DNA of 64,000 nucleotides from an uncultured Arcobacteraceae bacterium (GTDB lineage Bacteria; Campylobacterota; Campylobacteria; Campylobacterales; Arcobacteraceae): NCBI GenBank assembly GCA_964022095.1, contig CAXHZO010000011.1, positions 1 to 64,000 of the forward strand, read 5' to 3'. Shown piece by piece: positions 61,862 to 64,000 of this stretch (position 1 is its first letter; each line of letters starts with the position of its first letter). The notes under the pieces were generated by a model. It saw only the letters and a program-made list of their open reading frames with translations, ran no database searches and was not told where the DNA came from. The position numbers and the translations under genes were made by a program.

Positions 61862-62900
61862 ATCTCAACGATATATTTAAAATCTTATCGTAATAACCTT
61901 GCTGATTATAGTATGTTGAATCAACTGGATTTACATACTCTTTTTTGCCATTAATTATATTTGTTCTAACATGAACCACTAATTTATCTAAATTTTTTAT
62001 ACTAATTTCTAGCTTGATGATTTTTTCTTCATTAGCTCTCCATTTATTACTCCAACCTTCACTTAAAAGATATGAAGACCTAACTGTTTTCCTAATTTCT
62101 CTATTCCAAATTTTTGTGCCTTTTTTATAAAGGTTCACTTTATTAAATCCTATTTTCTCACTTTTTAGAACTCTAGAAGTAGTTACAAACTGAGGAAAAG
62201 ATACTGAAATCCCACCTTTCCCATCATCAACTAAATTTGTTGATTTAACTGTTAGTATAAGTTTATTTCCAACTATTTCGTGTGAAGTTTTTAAATCAAC
62301 TTTATTATTACTATTTACTAAGTCTCTTTTTTTATTTTCACTAGCTACAAATTTTTGGGCATCTTTGTAGTGATTAAATTTTTTTAGTGGAACAATATAT
62401 GATTCACCATCTTTTTCAAACTCTCCATAAATATACATAAAGCCTCTATTTGCCGTTCCACCATATTGATTTGATACAACTAAATATGCAGCTTTCTTAC
62501 AAGTTGCGTCTAAATTTGGTGCAAGTTTTTGACAAGTCTCTTTTGATATATTTTTTCTTACTTGATATGCCTCAAAGTAGTTTTGTTTTTGTGTTAAACA
62601 TTCTTTTACATTTATTATTGATAATCCATATCCATAAGTAGTGCCATTGTATGCTTCTCCTTTATACCATTTGATATTTCCCTCAAAGTATTTTCCAGGG
62701 TTTTGAGTAAAAGCATCTTCTACTGATTTATTAATCCTAAATTTTGTTTGATAATACTCAGGATAAGACTCTACAAAATCATCTTGAAATGTAAAACAGC
62801 CATAAGAAAGAGATTTCCCTTTATGTTCCCAAGTTTGATTTTCTGTAGCATTTAATAAAGATACTAGCATCAGTAAAATTGTAAAGACTGATTTTTTCAT
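61860..62900 (-). CDS. Hypothetical secreted protein (346 aa)
   Basis: AAGGA RBS, signal peptide ending LLNA, 4 Cys in N-terminal half, beta-rich C-terminal half; family not recognised. Confidence 0.8.
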   Translation of the reverse strand: MKKSVFTILLMLVSLLNATENQTWEHKGKSLSYGCFTFQDDFVESYPEYYQTKFRINKSVEDAFTQNPGKYFEGNIKWYKGEAYNGTTYGYGLSIINVKECLTQKQNYFEAYQVRKNISKETCQKLAPNLDATCKKAAYLVVSNQYGGTANRGFMYIYGEFEKDGESYIVPLKKFNHYKDAQKFVASENKKRDLVNSNNKVDLKTSHEIVGNKLILTVKSTNLVDDGKGGISVSFPQFVTTSRVLKSEKIGFNKVNLYKKGTKIWNREIRKTVRSSYLLSEGWSNKWRANEEKIIKLEISIKNLDKLVVHVRTNIINGKKEYVNPVDSTYYNQQGYYDKILNISLR

Positions 62901-62927
62901 TATATTCCTTGTGTAAAAAATTAATAG

Positions 62928-62965
62928 ATTTTACCAAAGAAATGACTCACAAATGACTCAATTTA
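62928..62965 (-). promoter_or_regulatory. Promoter of the 346-aa gene: extended -10 plus double TGAGTCA box
   Basis: Minus strand TAAATTGAGTCATTTGTGAGTCATT (62965-62941), 4 nt, TGGTAAAAT (62936-62928). Confidence 0.72.
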
Positions 62966-62973
62966 TAGATTAT

Positions 62974-63774
62974 TTACTTTTTTTCCCAAGAAATCACTGC
63001 CCAGTATACATAATCTGATTCATTTTTCTTTTCTAAGTCTAAACTATTATAATAATTTGATAGTCTTTTTACCTCATCATCACTAAGTCCATCTATACTC
63101 CATGAAACTGACTGTATAAACTTTTCTTTTGAAGTATATATTGTATTTCGTCCTTCACTTCTTATAAAGTTTACACTTGCATTTATTCCCATACTATAAA
63201 GAATATTTATAAGATAAATATAATCAGGTTTTTTTATAATCTTTTTTTCTAAAACATCAAGTATCTCATCAGATACAAATGACCCACCTACTTTGTATGT
63301 AAGTACAACTTTTTTATTTGCTTTGTCATTTAGTTTATTTAGCGCTTCTTTCATATCTTTTACTTCCATAGACCTTGAAGCAATTACTAAGTCTGCATTA
63401 GGAATACCTTCCCAAGTATCATACCAAGAGCTATTTATGGCTTTAATATTTAATATATTTTGATCAATGGCATTTTTTTCTAAAACTTCTAACATACCTT
63501 TTGAGTAATCTAAACTATAAACTTGTTTTAATTTTGGTGCAAGTTTTAAAGATAAATTTCCAACACCACAACCAACATCGAGTAAACTATCAATTCCCTC
63601 TAAATCAAGTAAATCTAAAAACTCTTCATTGTAAATTGATTTATGAACTCTTTGATTCATCGAATCAGCTTTTTTATCCCAATCATCACTATTTTTTGCT
63701 TTAAATGATGTCTTTGCTTTTTGGTTTATATAAAGTTTATTAAAATCGATATCTTCAAAATTTTTATATTCCAT
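62974..63774 (-). CDS. Class I SAM-dependent methyltransferase
   Basis: LLDVGCGVG motif I, LDYSKGML, ADLVIASRS. Confidence 0.9.
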   Translation of the reverse strand: MEYKNFEDIDFNKLYINQKAKTSFKAKNSDDWDKKADSMNQRVHKSIYNEEFLDLLDLEGIDSLLDVGCGVGNLSLKLAPKLKQVYSLDYSKGMLEVLEKNAIDQNILNIKAINSSWYDTWEGIPNADLVIASRSMEVKDMKEALNKLNDKANKKVVLTYKVGGSFVSDEILDVLEKKIIKKPDYIYLINILYSMGINASVNFIRSEGRNTIYTSKEKFIQSVSWSIDGLSDDEVKRLSNYYNSLDLEKKNESDYVYWAVISWEKK

Positions 63775-64000
63775 TTATGATTCCTTTGATAAATACTCAT
63801 ACAAATACAAGTAAGCTCTTAGCTGTTTTAAACTATCAAGTTTTATTCCAGCTTCTATCCACTGTTTTATCTCATTTGGAATTTCAAGTGGTTTTAGTAA
63901 CTCTTGTTTTTTCTCAATTGATATTTTCTCATGCTCAGTTAAAAGTGAAATATGAGATAAAATAGAAGTAATACCTAAATCTCTTTTTTGGGCTATTTCT
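63775..64000 (-). CDS. 3' end of a gene running off the window; C-terminal HTH of the kind found on RecQ/PIF1-type helicases
   Basis: Own translation EIAQKRDLGITSILSHISLL...EYLSKES*, stop abutting the methyltransferase ATG. Confidence 0.6.
   Translation of the reverse strand, partial: EIAQKRDLGITSILSHISLLTEHEKISIEKKQELLKPLEIPNEIKQWIEAGIKLDSLKQLRAYLYLYEYLSKES

Noticed and set aside
63777-63965. 62-aa + strand ORF
   Set aside because: Antisense to a more convincing minus-strand reading frame that continues off the window.

Overview
AT-rich bacterial chromosome segment. Gene content and style point to Campylobacterota, most likely Arcobacteraceae (inference). Left half is core metabolism: Fe3+ ABC transporter with Fur-like boxes, a UbiD-family decarboxylase, a full nuoA-N operon with citrate synthase embedded between nuoF and nuoG, frdCAB and a tandem dynamin-like pair. 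The middle holds an orphan histidine kinase with an apparent in-frame loss of its G1 box, a siroheme sulfite/nitrite reductase, a candidate structured RNA, oxygenases and tex. It is followed by a complete type II-C CRISPR-Cas9 locus (cas9, tracrRNA, cas1, cas2, 25 repeats, 24 spacers) bracketed by an identical 25-bp direct repeat. The right end is transporters, a glycosyltransferase, a chemoreceptor and an unknown secreted protein. Best leads: (1) a 24/25-identical double TGACTCA box at the same spacing from the extended -10 of both cas9 and an unrelated secreted-protein gene, suggesting a shared regulon; (2) the CRISPR locus looks inserted into a split terminator; (3) an anti-repeat abuts the last CRISPR repeat, and a tracrRNA-distal hairpin covers the cas1 RBS; (4) NuoF has a remodelled nucleotide pocket (GEE to GEK, stacking Phe residues lost), suggesting a donor other than NADH. 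All calls come from motif recognition by eye; no database searches were run.
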